Source of the DNA: an uncultured Planctomycetota bacterium
GTDB lineage: Bacteria; Planctomycetota; Planctomycetia; Isosphaerales; Isosphaeraceae
Assembly: GCA_963823665.1 (NCBI GenBank)
Contig: CAWGMQ010000011.1
Location: 224,001-288,000, forward strand
Direction of reading: 5' to 3'
DNA: 64,000 nt
The notes beneath the pieces were generated by a model, which saw only the letters and a list, made by a program, of their open reading frames with translations, had not been told where the DNA came from and made no database searches. This document shows, piece after piece, positions 1 to 9,916 of this stretch. Position 1 is the stretch's first letter, and every line of letters starts with the position of its first letter. The position numbers and the translations under genes were made by a program.

Positions 1-147
1 ATCCTGGGCCTGCGACGGCAGCGGCCACGAGGCATCCAGAGTATCCCGTTCCCGGCCGGCGTCGAGCAGACAGCGCGGACAGATGTCGTGCGCGGTCCCT
101 GACGGACGCTCGAAGCCGCAGATCGGGCACGTGAGTCGGTCTGACAC
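1..147 (-). CDS. N-terminus (partial, runs off the window) of a probable planctomycete Ser/Thr protein kinase with a CxxC...CPxCLL lead motif
   Basis: Manual translation from GTG at 147 (GGAGG RBS upstream): MSDRLTCPICGFERPSGTAHDICPRCLLDAG...; this Cys motif typically precedes planctomycete kinase domains. Confidence 0.55.
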   Translation of the reverse strand, partial: MSDRLTCPICGFERPSGTAHDICPRCLLDAGRERDTLDASWPLPSQAQD

Positions 148-351
148 GGCCGCAGCCTCCGTTCGTGGAAGAGTGCGCATCTTACGAAATGGCGGCCCGA
201 CATTCCAATACAGCGCACCGCGTCACGAACGAGGCGGTCTGCTTCTCTTCTTGATAGACGGCCGACTTCCCTCACCAACGTGACCGGGTGATCGGCCGGC
301 GCGGATCGGACCTGTGGCACATTTATTCTCCCAGACGATGAGGATACAGAC

Positions 352-579
352 ATGTTGTGCGCGCGAACCAAAGAGCGACGCGTCTCCCGTCGAACCACGG
401 CCGCCCTCCCCATGCTCGAGCGCTGCGAGCCGCGGCAGCTCCTCTCGACGGTCCAGCCGACAGCCGACCTGACTGTTCTCAGGAAGCACGCTCCCGCCGA
501 TGCGCCGGCCGAGGTCAGCGTCATCTCGACCACGGCCTTGGTTTCCTCGGTGAACACCGCGATCAAACACGGCGCGTAA
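352..579 (+). CDS. Short ORF with planctomycete LEPR-xLL-type N-terminal export motif (possibly a truncated remnant)
   Basis: Arg-rich N-terminus then LERCEPRQLLS; GAGGA RBS; only 75 aa. Confidence 0.5.
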   Translation: MLCARTKERRVSRRTTAALPMLERCEPRQLLSTVQPTADLTVLRKHAPADAPAEVSVISTTALVSSVNTAIKHGA

Positions 580-624
580 CGAACGATCGACGTGAGAGGG
601 GACCGGCGACCGTCAACACGAAGC

Positions 625-741
625 GGGGATCCAGTTCTGGTCGTTGACGGCCGGCCGCTCTCTATGTTCGACGTCAAGCGCATCCTCCGCAGTTTTGAGG
701 CGTGGCAGATGGAGCTTCGGATGTCGAACCGACCGAGTGAA
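625..741 (+). pseudogene. C-terminal fragment paralogous to the gene at 1471-1893
   Basis: PVLVVDGRPLSMFDVKRILRSFEAWQMELRM aligns with PVLVVDGRPLSMFDLERILSSHEGWQVELRI; the DNA also retains the ccgaccgagtga end. Confidence 0.6.
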
Positions 742-1016
742 TGGGCTCTCAGGGTGTCGCAGCCGTTGCCCCTTCCGTGCTCAATGGGGGCAGGTTATCA
801 ATTCAACGGTTCTCTTCGTATGATTGCTGCAATAACTGTAGCAGCTCGGAATCGGGGAGATGCGAATGCGAAATGCTGGTTAACCACGGACGACACGGAA
901 CTACACGGAAGGAATTCGGGGGAAGGGAAGGAGCGGGCGACTGTGGGTTCGAGTGCGGCTGGAAGCGCTTGCGCGTCCCGGCTATACTCAAACTGACCGC
1001 TTGCAAGGAGCAAGAA

Positions 1017-1397
1017 ATGACCACAGCTACTTTACCCACCGAACCGCTCATGTCGTTTGGCCGAAATCGCCCAGATTTCTGCCGACCCGAACGATCCGCC
1101 TGACGAGGAATGGATGCGAGGTATTGACGAGATGAGGCCGTATCGGCCGCTCTTCAAAGAGGGTTGTCCTATCTTCCCGTAACGACCGCAGGATGGCGCG
1201 AAGCTGCTTTGCTTTGGGCCGACGCCCGTCGGCGGGGTGTTCCGACGGCCGCGGCACATGCACTCGATGCCGACGTCATCCTGGCGGACTGTGCAACGAC
1301 GGTCGGTCAAGTGGGCGATCAAGTTATCGTGGCGACGGTCAACGTCGCGCATCTCGCACGCTACTGCGACGCGCGATTGTGGACGACCATTGTCTAG
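1017..1397 (+). pseudogene. Collapsed toxin-antitoxin pair: antitoxin remnant joined to the C-terminal half of a PIN-domain (VapC-like) toxin
   Basis: 1081-1182 reads ADPNDPPDEEWMRGIDEMRPYRPLFKEG (antitoxin-like end); 1164-1397 reads YLPVTTAGWREAALLWADARRRG...LDADVIL...IVATVNVAHL, a PIN C-terminal half lacking the N-terminal 'LLD' strand. Confidence 0.6.
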
Positions 1398-1470
1398 GCC
1401 CAGACTCGTTTCAGCAACGGGTCCGTCAAGGCGAACGCCGGTGCTCTGGACCGGGGCGGCTACCTGGCAA

Positions 1471-1893
1471 GTGAACACGCCTCATGACATTCCCAAGAGC
1501 GAAGCAAACGTCGACTGCTCGGGCAGACAGCGTATTTTCTCACTCGAGTGCCACCAAGTTCCTACCGGCTGGGCCGTAATGGCGACCAAGGTCACCGATG
1601 ACGACTTCGGCTATCGGTTCGAAAGCTTTTCGCCTTCAAAGCCTTGCTTCGCACTCGGTGAAGTCCGCGCGAAGATTCGGGCAGGCCTCGCCACCCGATA
1701 TGTATCGGCCGTTGAAGCCGAGCCCACTCTGAGCCACGACGTTATTTGTGGTCACATTGCCTGGGATCGAACGACAGACCGTCCCGTTCTCGTCGTTGAC
1801 GGCCGTCCGCTCTCCATGTTCGACCTCGAGCGCATCCTCAGTAGTCATGAGGGGTGGCAGGTGGAGCTTCGGATCGTCGATCCGACCGAGTGA
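1471..1893 (+). CDS. Conserved hypothetical protein (DUF7686/DUF7713-like)
   Basis: GYRF...LGEVRAKIRAGLA...GHI...LVVDGRPLS...ILSSHEGWQVELRI pattern; start at GTG 1471 inferred. Confidence 0.6.
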   Translation: MNTPHDIPKSEANVDCSGRQRIFSLECHQVPTGWAVMATKVTDDDFGYRFESFSPSKPCFALGEVRAKIRAGLATRYVSAVEAEPTLSHDVICGHIAWDRTTDRPVLVVDGRPLSMFDLERILSSHEGWQVELRIVDPTE

Positions 1894-2222
1894 AGAGCCC
1901 GTTTGGCCTTCCGCGGTCCACACGCGGAACCGAAAACGGAAGAGCGTCGGAGATTTTGGCGACGGATGAGACGCGGACAATACGAGAAAACGTCGTCGTG
2001 TTGAAAGTGAGGCGCAGGCACGGGGGCTGCGCGGAGGGGGAATGGATCGGACACGCACTTTCGCGGACCCAAAGGCGACTTTGGGCTTTTGTTACGATCC
2101 TGGTTGTGCGCGTGTGAGACCGAGAGCCGGATGGCGGGCTCGGGCGGCATTCACGGTTCCAACCTTGCCGTGTTACAGTAGGCTAGAATCGGCATGAGAA
2201 TCACAAGTTCGTCGGCTGTCGA

Positions 2223-2777
2223 ATGCGCTTGACTGATACCGAAATCGACCTGCTGCTCAAACAACAAGCCATCTCAGTCCAATGGCCATGGTCAACCAAC
2301 GACGAAAGAGTGATCGACAATAACATCAAAGACATCGTTGCTGAGGTTCGGCGGAGGTTGCGGTTAGAAGACAAAACCGAATACGGCCATTACGGTTCAG
2401 GCTATGCGAGCTTTGTCGACTGCTGGCTGTATCGTCCGGATGATGACTTTCGATATCGTCCCGGTGCGCATTACAAAGGGCTGGTTGTGCTCTTCAGCCG
2501 ATTATCGCGCTTCTACGTACTCGGACAGGGTTTCAAGTCTTGGCACGTGACAGGTGGAACTTCCTATCTTCCAGAATTCGAATTCGTTGACAGTTTTGAC
2601 CATCAGGCTGTCTTGAGCCTTGTTCCGCGCGTTACAAGCATCTTGACGGATCGTGGGCTCACGCGACTATACAAATCTGATTTAGAGATCGTATTAGCAC
2701 GTCACATATGCGTTCCGACGATCATGACCGACCGTGTGTTTCGTCACTTCGACGCCCTGTTTTATTGGGAAGACTGA
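2223..2777 (+). CDS. Hypothetical protein (184 aa)
   Basis: Lower-GC ORF with normal globular composition (YGHYGSGYASFVDCWLY; ends FDALFYWED). Confidence 0.7.
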   Translation: MRLTDTEIDLLLKQQAISVQWPWSTNDERVIDNNIKDIVAEVRRRLRLEDKTEYGHYGSGYASFVDCWLYRPDDDFRYRPGAHYKGLVVLFSRLSRFYVLGQGFKSWHVTGGTSYLPEFEFVDSFDHQAVLSLVPRVTSILTDRGLTRLYKSDLEIVLARHICVPTIMTDRVFRHFDALFYWED

Positions 2778-3052
2778 CTTAGTGGGACGAAGCGATCGTT
2801 GGGAACGACTGGAGTGGGTGGCCGGGCTGTTGCATAACATCAACGTCAGTCATACCCGTTTGGCTGATAACCGGCTTTGCTGTCGAGTTTTGTTCCAAGC
2901 GCAAGTCTTGCTGAACGAGCGTGGTGCTGCGCCTGCTGCGCGGTGTCGGCCGGGAGGCTCCGGGAATTGCGGGACGCGAACCGGTGCGCGAGTCACGTAC
3001 GTCTGACTTCTACGGAACGCACTCCAACGGTTGGGTGTGGGGCTCCTCCATC

Positions 3053-3495
3053 CTACTGGGCTGGCGCGTCGATGAAGACGCCTGGATCGATCCGGAAGTA
3101 GCGGGCCAGGATGCCGATGTGCCGGGTGTTAAGCCGGCGTCTGCCCAGGAGGATCTCCGACAGCGTCGACTCGGGCAGCCCTGCCCCCGCGGCGACGGTC
3201 GCCTGCGTCTTGCCGCTCGACTCGACCAGGTGCCGCAGAGCGTCGAGGCCAGAGACCGGCTGAATCGGGTAGTGCTGGTCCTCGTACTTCTCTACCAAGT
3301 CAGAGAGCACGTCGAGGTAATCCTCCTCATCCCGCGCGAACCCACCCCGGGCCAGGAGCCGATCGATCATTGCCACGGCCCGATCCAGTTCCCTGTCGGA
3401 ACGGAGCGGCGCAGAGGAAACTCCTGGATCAGAACGAAATAGCGGTCGCTCGTCCGATCTGGGCGCCGGACCTCAGTCGTCTTTCCACGTGCCAC
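3053..3495 (-). CDS. higA: HigA-type HTH antitoxin (apparent 1-nt frameshift near 3408)
   Basis: GTG at 3495 overlapping the higB end gives MARGKTT...DRYFVLIQEFPLR, shift, PLRSDRELDRAVAMIDRL...YLDVLSDLVEKYE...HTH (TQATVA...ESTLSEILLGRRRL). Confidence 0.85.
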
Positions 3496-3763
3496 GGTCG
3501 TACTCCTTGTGGGTCAGCACATGCTGGATGTAGACCTTCCCCTTCGGGTAACTGACGATCGCAATCAGCCGATACTTGTTTCCGCCGACGTTGAACAGGA
3601 CGTATTCTTCGACCTTATCGGCGCTACCGTAGGTCATTTTCAGGTCGGCCCAATCCCGCCAATCGGCCCGTTTGACGACGGCTTCCCACTGGCGAAGCGG
3701 CGACTCCGCGTCCGAATGTGTCTCCCAGAATTCCCGCAGCGCCTTCCGCGAAATGATGTGCAT
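3473..3763 (-). CDS. higB: HigB mRNA interferase toxin
   Basis: MHIISRKALREFW...FNVGGNKYRLI...VLTHKEYDRGTWK signature; toxin upstream of antitoxin. Confidence 0.92.
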   Translation of the reverse strand: MHIISRKALREFWETHSDAESPLRQWEAVVKRADWRDWADLKMTYGSADKVEEYVLFNVGGNKYRLIAIVSYPKGKVYIQHVLTHKEYDRGTWKDD

Positions 3764-3793
3764 GGTCGTTGCGCGGGCTACTCTCGTACTAGC

Positions 3794-3810
3794 ATCGCGA
3801 TAATCGCGAT
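3794..3810. promoter_or_regulatory. Palindromic operator candidate upstream of higBA
   Basis: ATCGCGAT-A-ATCGCGAT perfect inverted repeat 30 bp before the higB start, next to a TTGACT -35-like hexamer on the minus strand. Confidence 0.55.
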
Positions 3811-3899
3811 ATCGGAAGTCAAGATAACGATTCGCAATATCGGAATCAAGCCCAGTTGGCGTTTATGGTTTTTCTTCGGGATCGCTCCATCGCTCCTTT

Positions 3900-4040
3900 C
3901 GGTTCGAGAGCTTTTCGCCTTCAAACCCGTCCCTCGCACGGGTCAATCTCGCGCAAAGATCCGGGCAGGCCTCGCCACAAAAGACCTCTCGGCCGCCGAA
4001 CCCGAGCCCACTCCAAGTCACGATATTCTTCGCGGTCATG
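3900..4040 (+). pseudogene. Middle fragment paralogous to the gene at 1471-1893
   Basis: DNA aligns to about 1615-1756; RAKIRAGLATKDLSAAEPEPTPSHDILRGH vs RAKIRAGLATRYVSAVEAEPTLSHDVICGH. Confidence 0.6.
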
Positions 4041-4513
4041 CGGATCGGCGCGTTCGGACGTTCGGGGAGTTGTGGCCTTGCCGGCGGCAGTGCCGAGCTG
4101 ACTGTGATGAGTAGCAGGACGGGTAACCACGTGGCAGCCCTCCACACACCTAGCCACATCTCGACTCTACGAATCCCCTGGGTTGAAGGCAAGGTCGCGG
4201 AGGCCGACAGGGAGGGGGGGCGGGGGCTGGTGGGTGTCGCGGCGACCTGTACGTCGCCCTCGAGCGGGCCGCGGCTGCACTCTTGGGATAGGTGGCTGAA
4301 ATACCGGAAATGATGACTTGCTGGCGGAGTACGCACGGACTCAGATGGGCCTGTGGAAGCGGACTTGGGAGGACGTGGCGGGGCGAATTCACGGATCTTG
4401 AACAGAAGGTAACCACGAAGAGGCACAGGGCAGGTTGACTTGTGGTCAAGCTCCACATAGGATCGGCGGTGATCCCGATGCTCTCTTTTGGGCTTTGCTT
4501 CGCTGGGAATGCC

Positions 4514-5098
4514 ATGACGCGTGCGGCCGGTCTCTGGGAACGCTATGTGATGGCGCTCGACGATGTAACGGATCGGCTGCATCGAATTGTGAATGCCTTG
4601 GAGCGCGAGGGCGTCGCCTACGCGCTCGTGGGCGGGCAGGCGGTTGCGCTCTGGGTCGCGACCAAGGATCCGGCGGCGGTGCGCACGACGAAGGACGTGG
4701 ATATTCTGCTGCGCCGCGAAGATCTCCCAATGGCGCGGGCCGCTGCGGCTTCGGTGGATATGGACTATTTTGAGGTCCTGGGAGTTGGGATGCTTCTCGA
4801 GCGATCGGATCCCAATCCGCGGAAGGCGGTTCATCTGCTGTGGGCGGGGCAAAAGGTTCAACCCGATAGCGCGCTGCCGTCACCGACCATTGATGAGCGC
4901 GAACTCCTCGAACCCAACACGCACGTGGTATCGCTCGCTGGTCTTGTACGAATGAAGCTGGTGGCGAACCGCGATCAAGATCGGGTTCATTTGCGCGACC
5001 TGATCGATGTTGGTCTGGTTACACGGGAGATGGTTCAAACTCTCCCGGTCGATCTGGCGGGCCGCCTTGATGCGTTGCTCCGCGAGTTTGGTCGATGA
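4514..5098 (+). CDS. Nucleotidyltransferase-superfamily protein (DUF6036/AbiEii-like)
   Basis: YALVGGQAV...RTTKDVDILL (GG and DxD motifs), LVRMKL...RDQDRVHL. Confidence 0.8.
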   Translation: MTRAAGLWERYVMALDDVTDRLHRIVNALEREGVAYALVGGQAVALWVATKDPAAVRTTKDVDILLRREDLPMARAAAASVDMDYFEVLGVGMLLERSDPNPRKAVHLLWAGQKVQPDSALPSPTIDERELLEPNTHVVSLAGLVRMKLVANRDQDRVHLRDLIDVGLVTREMVQTLPVDLAGRLDALLREFGR

Positions 5099-5107
5099 GG
5101 AAGGCAA

Positions 5108-5529
5108 ATGAATCGCGCCTGTCTCGGCCAGAATGTGTTCTCGAGGTGGTTGCCGCCGGTGGCTGTACTGATAGTCGCTCTCGGCCTTTTCGTTTGCGCG
5201 AACGACAAGCGTACATCAGTGCTCAGCCGCCGCGGTCGAGATGCACGCTTACCGAGCTCGCTGAGAGGGTCCCGAAGCCCGCGCGCCTCGCTGTGATTTC
5301 AGCGTCCGGTTCCAAGCGATTGATTTGGATCGGACGGGTTCCCCATTTTACGTTGAATTCTGGTCCGCCTTGTTATGTCTTCGACGCGCACGGCGTTTTA
5401 GTTGACTGGTGTGCCAACACGGGAGAGGGCTGGTCTGGGGACTCATTTATGGGGGATGCGTACAAAGCGCCGCCAATCTCTTTAGAGGAGGCGATCCGCT
5501 GGTGCACGGAAAGGAATTCGACGAGATGA
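5108..5529 (+). CDS. Hypothetical membrane-anchored protein, probably frameshifted near 5210
   Basis: Hydrophobic N-terminus (WLPPVAVLIVALGLFVC) in one frame; globular part (SGPPCYVFDAHGVLVDW) in another. Confidence 0.45.
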
Positions 5530-5551
5530 CGAGCGGAAGGAAGTCCGAGGT

Positions 5552-5944
5552 TTTAGCCACGGATGGAACACTGATGAAACACGGATAATATAAGAAGTCA
5601 TCGGAAATTGGGTGAGTTGTATGGAGCTCACGCATAGGCGCAGAGGCGGCAAAGGTGGGGAGACGCGAACGAAGGGGATGGGAAGGGATCGATCGCTGGC
5701 GGTTTGTACGGGCGTGGAGAAGTGAAGATGGGCGCACGCAAATGGGTATCGTGCTCCGGAAACTCAGTCATGTCTGATTCGTGAGATTTGTGAGATTCGT
5801 GGTCGAGCGTGTTGTTTTGCACGGCGGGGGGAAAGCGGACCACGAATCTCACGAATTACACGAATAGGCGGAGAGAAAGGCGTAGATAGTCATTCGCCAG
5901 GGTTGCGAGCGAGAAGACGCACTTTCGCGGAGCGAAAGGCGACT
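5552..5944. repeat. Cluster of short REP-like repeats
   Basis: tagccacggatggaacactgatgaaacacggat; cacgcataggcgcagaggcggcaaag; gattcgtgagatttgtgagattcgtgg inverted to ccacgaatctcacgaattacacgaat; gcactttcgcggagcgaaaggcgac (also at 2055-2080). Confidence 0.65.
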
Positions 5945-6202
5945 CTGAAAATGGCGCGGGGGGCTTTCGCGCCGTGTCGCCTGATGAGTCGGGATTCTGT
6001 CGTACGAATACGGCAGTTTTTATTCTTTTGTCTGTTGACGGCAGGCAAAAGGGAGGAGCGCTTCGAGTGTCCATGAGCGGCGTCTTTTTACGGCGCGTGC
6101 GCATCATCGGCGACGTAATGCTGCCGAATTTGACGGTTGGCGCGATTGCGAGGTTTGGCGTGGCGTTTCCGGGAGAGGGATTTGCGGAGAACTGGAAACT
6201 AT

Positions 6203-6307
6203 TTGCAATTGGGTGTTTTGTGTCCCATATACTGGATTGATGTGTATGATCGGGCCCCTACGTGAGTCAGCACGATTGTTCGTGCTGGGGCGTGGGGGTT
6301 ATCGATC
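6203..6307 (+). promoter_or_regulatory. Sigma70-like promoter followed by a long hairpin (sRNA or leader candidate)
   Basis: TTGCAA-N19-TATACT (6203-6233); hairpin core CAGCACGA-ttgt-TCGTGCTG (6268-6287), extendable to GATCG/CGATC. Confidence 0.35.
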
Positions 6308-7060
6308 GTGTTCCTCATCCCGGGCGCATTGCAATGAGTTTTCGATGCCACTTGGGTTGGAATCAGCTCGATGGCGGGTCAGTCAACGGGCGGTGCGCCC
6401 GGGCGGATGAAAAGCGCGCTGTATTGGCGAATTTCGAGGTGCGCAATCCGGCGTTTTCTGCTGCGCGACGGTTTTGTGATGACGGTCGCCGGGACGGACC
6501 CCCCCTGGCCCGCCCTTCTCAAGGGGGGGAAACTTGGCGCAACATTCCCGCCGGGAAATCTCCGCTCCCTCGAGTGCAAATCATCGACTGCCCAGGGTGC
6601 GCCCCTCGCTTGCGGTCGTGTTGTTTATGCAAAGCTGGATTGCGTATCGGGGATGGTCTTGGACGCGGGCCGGGCACGGCGCGCGGGGGGAGGTGGGTAT
6701 AGCACTACGGCCGGTGGGTTTCACCCACCCTACGAGGTGCGGACCATCGAGGGAGTAATCTCACCCTCGCCTTCGTCGAAGCAGGCCCCCGATTGGCCTT
6801 GAACGTGCGCGTGGCGTGGCCGATGCCACGCGTGTAGCCAAGACGATGGTCTGTCGGCGCCGGTTCATGTCTTGATCGGCAAGCGTTGGCGGGTGTTGTC
6901 GCGGCCGCGCGATCGGTCGAAGCGCGGTGTCGTCGTCGGAAACGAGCCGCGTGCAAACCCGCTGCGCGCACGGGGCGGTATCTATTTTTTCTAAATCAAT
7001 CAAGTCGTCGCTCGCGGGCGGAATTTCTGGAGCCGCGGGGGAGAGGATCATGGTGAGGCG

Positions 7061-9180
7061 ATGAGTGAGCAGCGTGGCGGAGTGGTTATCGGAATGAATG
7101 ATCAGCGAGCCTCGACTCGCAATGGGTCGCGGTTCAATGCGCTCAAGCATGGGCTGACAGCCAAGACGCCGGTTTTGCCGGGCGAGGATCCGGCGGAGCT
7201 TCAGGCGAAGATTGATGCTTATAAGGCCAAGTATCAGACGAGAGACGAGGTCGAGGGAGACCTGATGGAGATGGCGGCGATCGCTTGCTGGCAGTTCAAG
7301 CGGGCCAATCGAATCGAGGCCCACAGGGTGACACGCGATATTGTGATGCGAACGGAGGCCGAAAAGGTTCGCGCGGGGAAGGATGTCGCGGGGCTCGGGC
7401 GTCGCTTGTTGTTTGACCGCCGCGGGCCCTGGCAGCTTTTTCCGTCGCGAGACTATGAGAACAAGCAGCCGCGGACCTCGGATTCGGGGGAACCTGTTGA
7501 CCCTGATCAGCCGGTGGTGATCGTGCGCGAGCTTGAATCGACCCCCGAGGGCTGCGGCTGGCTGCTGGACCGGTGGTTCGAGCTGCGGAAGCCGATCGAG
7601 AACGAGAGCGAGGACGGATCGGGCTGGCTTTCGTGTCAGAAATTCACGGCCATTCGCCTGCTGGGCAAGCAGCCGCTTGATGCCATTTGTGATCCCGAGG
7701 TGGCCATGGTGTTCCTCGCGAGCCACGCCATTTGTCCGAATTTTGCGACGGCTTTTCACGAGCTTCGGTGCGAGATCCACTATGATCAGGTTGAGATGCA
7801 TGAGGGCGACCTCGGGCGAGACGAGTGGGAGGCAATCACTCCGGCGGATACCGCGGCCGGGCGGAAGGCGCTGCTGGAGATCGTCGACAAATCGATTGAC
7901 CGGCTGCTGAGGCTGCAAGCCGAGCGGGGAGAAGTCGCCGCCTTCCTCGAGGAGGTTCAGTGCAATATCCCGAGCGACGAGGAGAGCAAGACGATGGCAC
8001 AGATTCAGCGCCATCGGGAGAAAGCCAATCGACTGGTGGTGCGGAACATTGAGATGATTGAAAGGAAGCGACGGTATGAGGCGGAAGGGTGGGGGAAGGC
8101 CCGGCGGGAACGCGAGAAACTGAAAGAGCAAGCACGACGCGGGCAGATGACCGATCTGCGGTTTGTGATCGACGAGCGTGGGACCATTCACGATGCCCAG
8201 GGCTATGATGGCGATCTCGACGCGGGCCTGGCCCGCTGGGAGGCGACGCACGGGAAGCAGCCGTTCGAGTATACCGATGCGCAGCGCGAGGAGGATGATC
8301 GCAGGCGGCGGGCCATTGCGGATTATGAGCGGTGGGTGGCTGGGGAGCGTGGGAATGCTGCGGGTGATCGGAGAGCAGATGGGGTGCACGGAGTGGTGGC
8401 TGATGGTGGGATGAAGCCGAGGGACGAGGCATTTTCGGGGCATGGAACTGCGGTTGTTGAGCCCAACGGTTCTGTTCCCTTAAGCCTTATGGGGAATGAG
8501 CCAGCGACGAAAATACAAAACGAAATTGAGGGGGGTGGTGGGAGCAGTGTCGAGCTGGAAGTTGGAGGCGGAGAGGAGACCGTCGGTCAGGGAGACGGCG
8601 GCGACCCATCGGGTGCCCGAGAACCCGCGCCGAACTGTAGAGCAAGGGGACGCCGGTGACCCTTTGGGTGCCCGAGAACCCGCGTCGAACTTGCGGAGAA
8701 GGCGGAGAGGAGACCGTCGGTCGTGGGGAGACCGGGAATGGTGAGGCGTGCGGTCTTGTTCCCTTAAGCCTTGTGGAGAAAGGGCCAGCGACGAAAATAC
8801 AAAACGAGATTGGTGGGGATGGTGCGAGTGGTTGCGAACGAGAGGGTGGTGGGGGAGTGGAAACCTGCGGTCGGGGAGACGGCGGCGACCCATCGGGTGC
8901 CCGAGACCCGCGCCGAACGGGCGATGGAGTGGAGACGTGCGGTCGGCTGGAGCCGGGTTGTGCCGTTCCCTTAAGCCTTGTGCAGAAAGGGCCAGCGACG
9001 AAAATACAAAACGAAACTGATGGAAGTGGCGTGGAGACTTGCGGTTTGCGGGACGGCGGCAAGCGAGCGGGTGGCGGAGACCTGTGCCGAACAGAACTGG
9101 AGACCTGCGGTCGCGCGGACGTCGGCGACCCTGCTGGTGCCCGAAACCCGCGCCGAACGGGCGATGGAGACACTTCCTAG
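7061..9180 (+). CDS. 'NALKHGL' family protein of unknown function with a repeat-built low-complexity tail (main ORF ends 8659; the repeat frame continues to 9180)
   Basis: SRFNALKHGLTAKTPVLPGEDPAE motif, helical core, then VPLSLxxKGPATKIQNE repeats. Confidence 0.75.
8474..9018 (+). repeat. Three copies of a ~54-bp motif separated by REP-like DNA
   Basis: GTTCCCTTAAGCCTT...CCAGCGACGAAAATACAAAACGA at 8474, 8758 and 8965; spacers contain repeated ggtgcccgaga(a)cccgcgccgaac units. Confidence 0.9.
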
Positions 9181-9474
9181 TGGTGAGCGGTCCGAATGTT
9201 CGCTCGGGCACGATTCAGGCCTCACCTTTTTGCGAGCGCTCTTGTGATGGGTCACCCAGGCCTTTGCTGCTTCAACCTCGTCGAACGAGGTGCAGAAAAC
9301 GTCGGCGATTCCTTGGCTGACAAGATTTGCCGGGCCTACGGTTTTCGTCCATTCGTGGTTGTGAGGAGATCGTCAGGCTGAAGCCTGACCTACTGGACGT
9401 TTTTGGTTACTCCGGACGACGTCACGTTTACGAACTGAACAAAACACTGACACGGGAGCTGGGCTGCAAGGCCT

Positions 9475-9756
9475 TTGAATGTGATGGGAATTGATGTCGA
9501 TGGCGAGAGGGCTGGCGAGAGCGGAAACTCGGACGCTGGAGAATCGGGACCCGAAACTTGCAATGTGGCGGCGGAATGCGCGGACGCAGAATCTCTGGTC
9601 GTCGCACCCGTCGCGGGAGGATCGCCGGAATCGCCGGAGCAAACTACGACGGAAAAGGAAAACGCGGACGGGGACGCTGACACAGCGGCCGACCACCCTG
9701 CGATCAGCCTCGACTCGCTCATCGAAATCGCACTTCAGAACCTCGACGGAGATTGA
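9475..9756 (+). CDS. Possible small acidic protein
   Basis: 93-aa acidic ORF with an amphipathic end (ISLDSLIEIALQNL); no family recognised. Confidence 0.3.
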   Translation: MNVMGIDVDGERAGESGNSDAGESGPETCNVAAECADAESLVVAPVAGGSPESPEQTTTEKENADGDADTAADHPAISLDSLIEIALQNLDGD

Positions 9757-9900
9757 ACGAGCCGGAGCACGCGAACACGCGTCACGAATTGGCGGGTGAG
9801 GCGGGCGGAGCTGCCAAAACGACAGTTTGCAGCGGCAGCGGGATTTGGGCCGTTTTCCCGAATCTATTGTCTATCAATGACTAACGCAATTCTTTGGCCG

Positions 9901-9916
9901 TGGTACATGACTTGCA
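9901..9916 (+). promoter_or_regulatory. Sigma54 (-24/-12) promoter of the chaperone cluster
   Basis: TGGTAC-ATGAC-TTGCA matches TGGCAC-N5-TTGCW; IHF-like TATCAATGACTAA at 9871-9883. Confidence 0.65.

Noticed and set aside
2160..2900. Integron cassette around the lower-GC ORF 2223-2777
   Set aside because: No convincing attC (RYYYAAC...GTTRRRY pairing) and no integrase.
8474..9018. CRISPR array
   Set aside because: Repeat about 54 bp, spacers 150-230 bp, irregular and themselves repetitive; no cas genes in the window.
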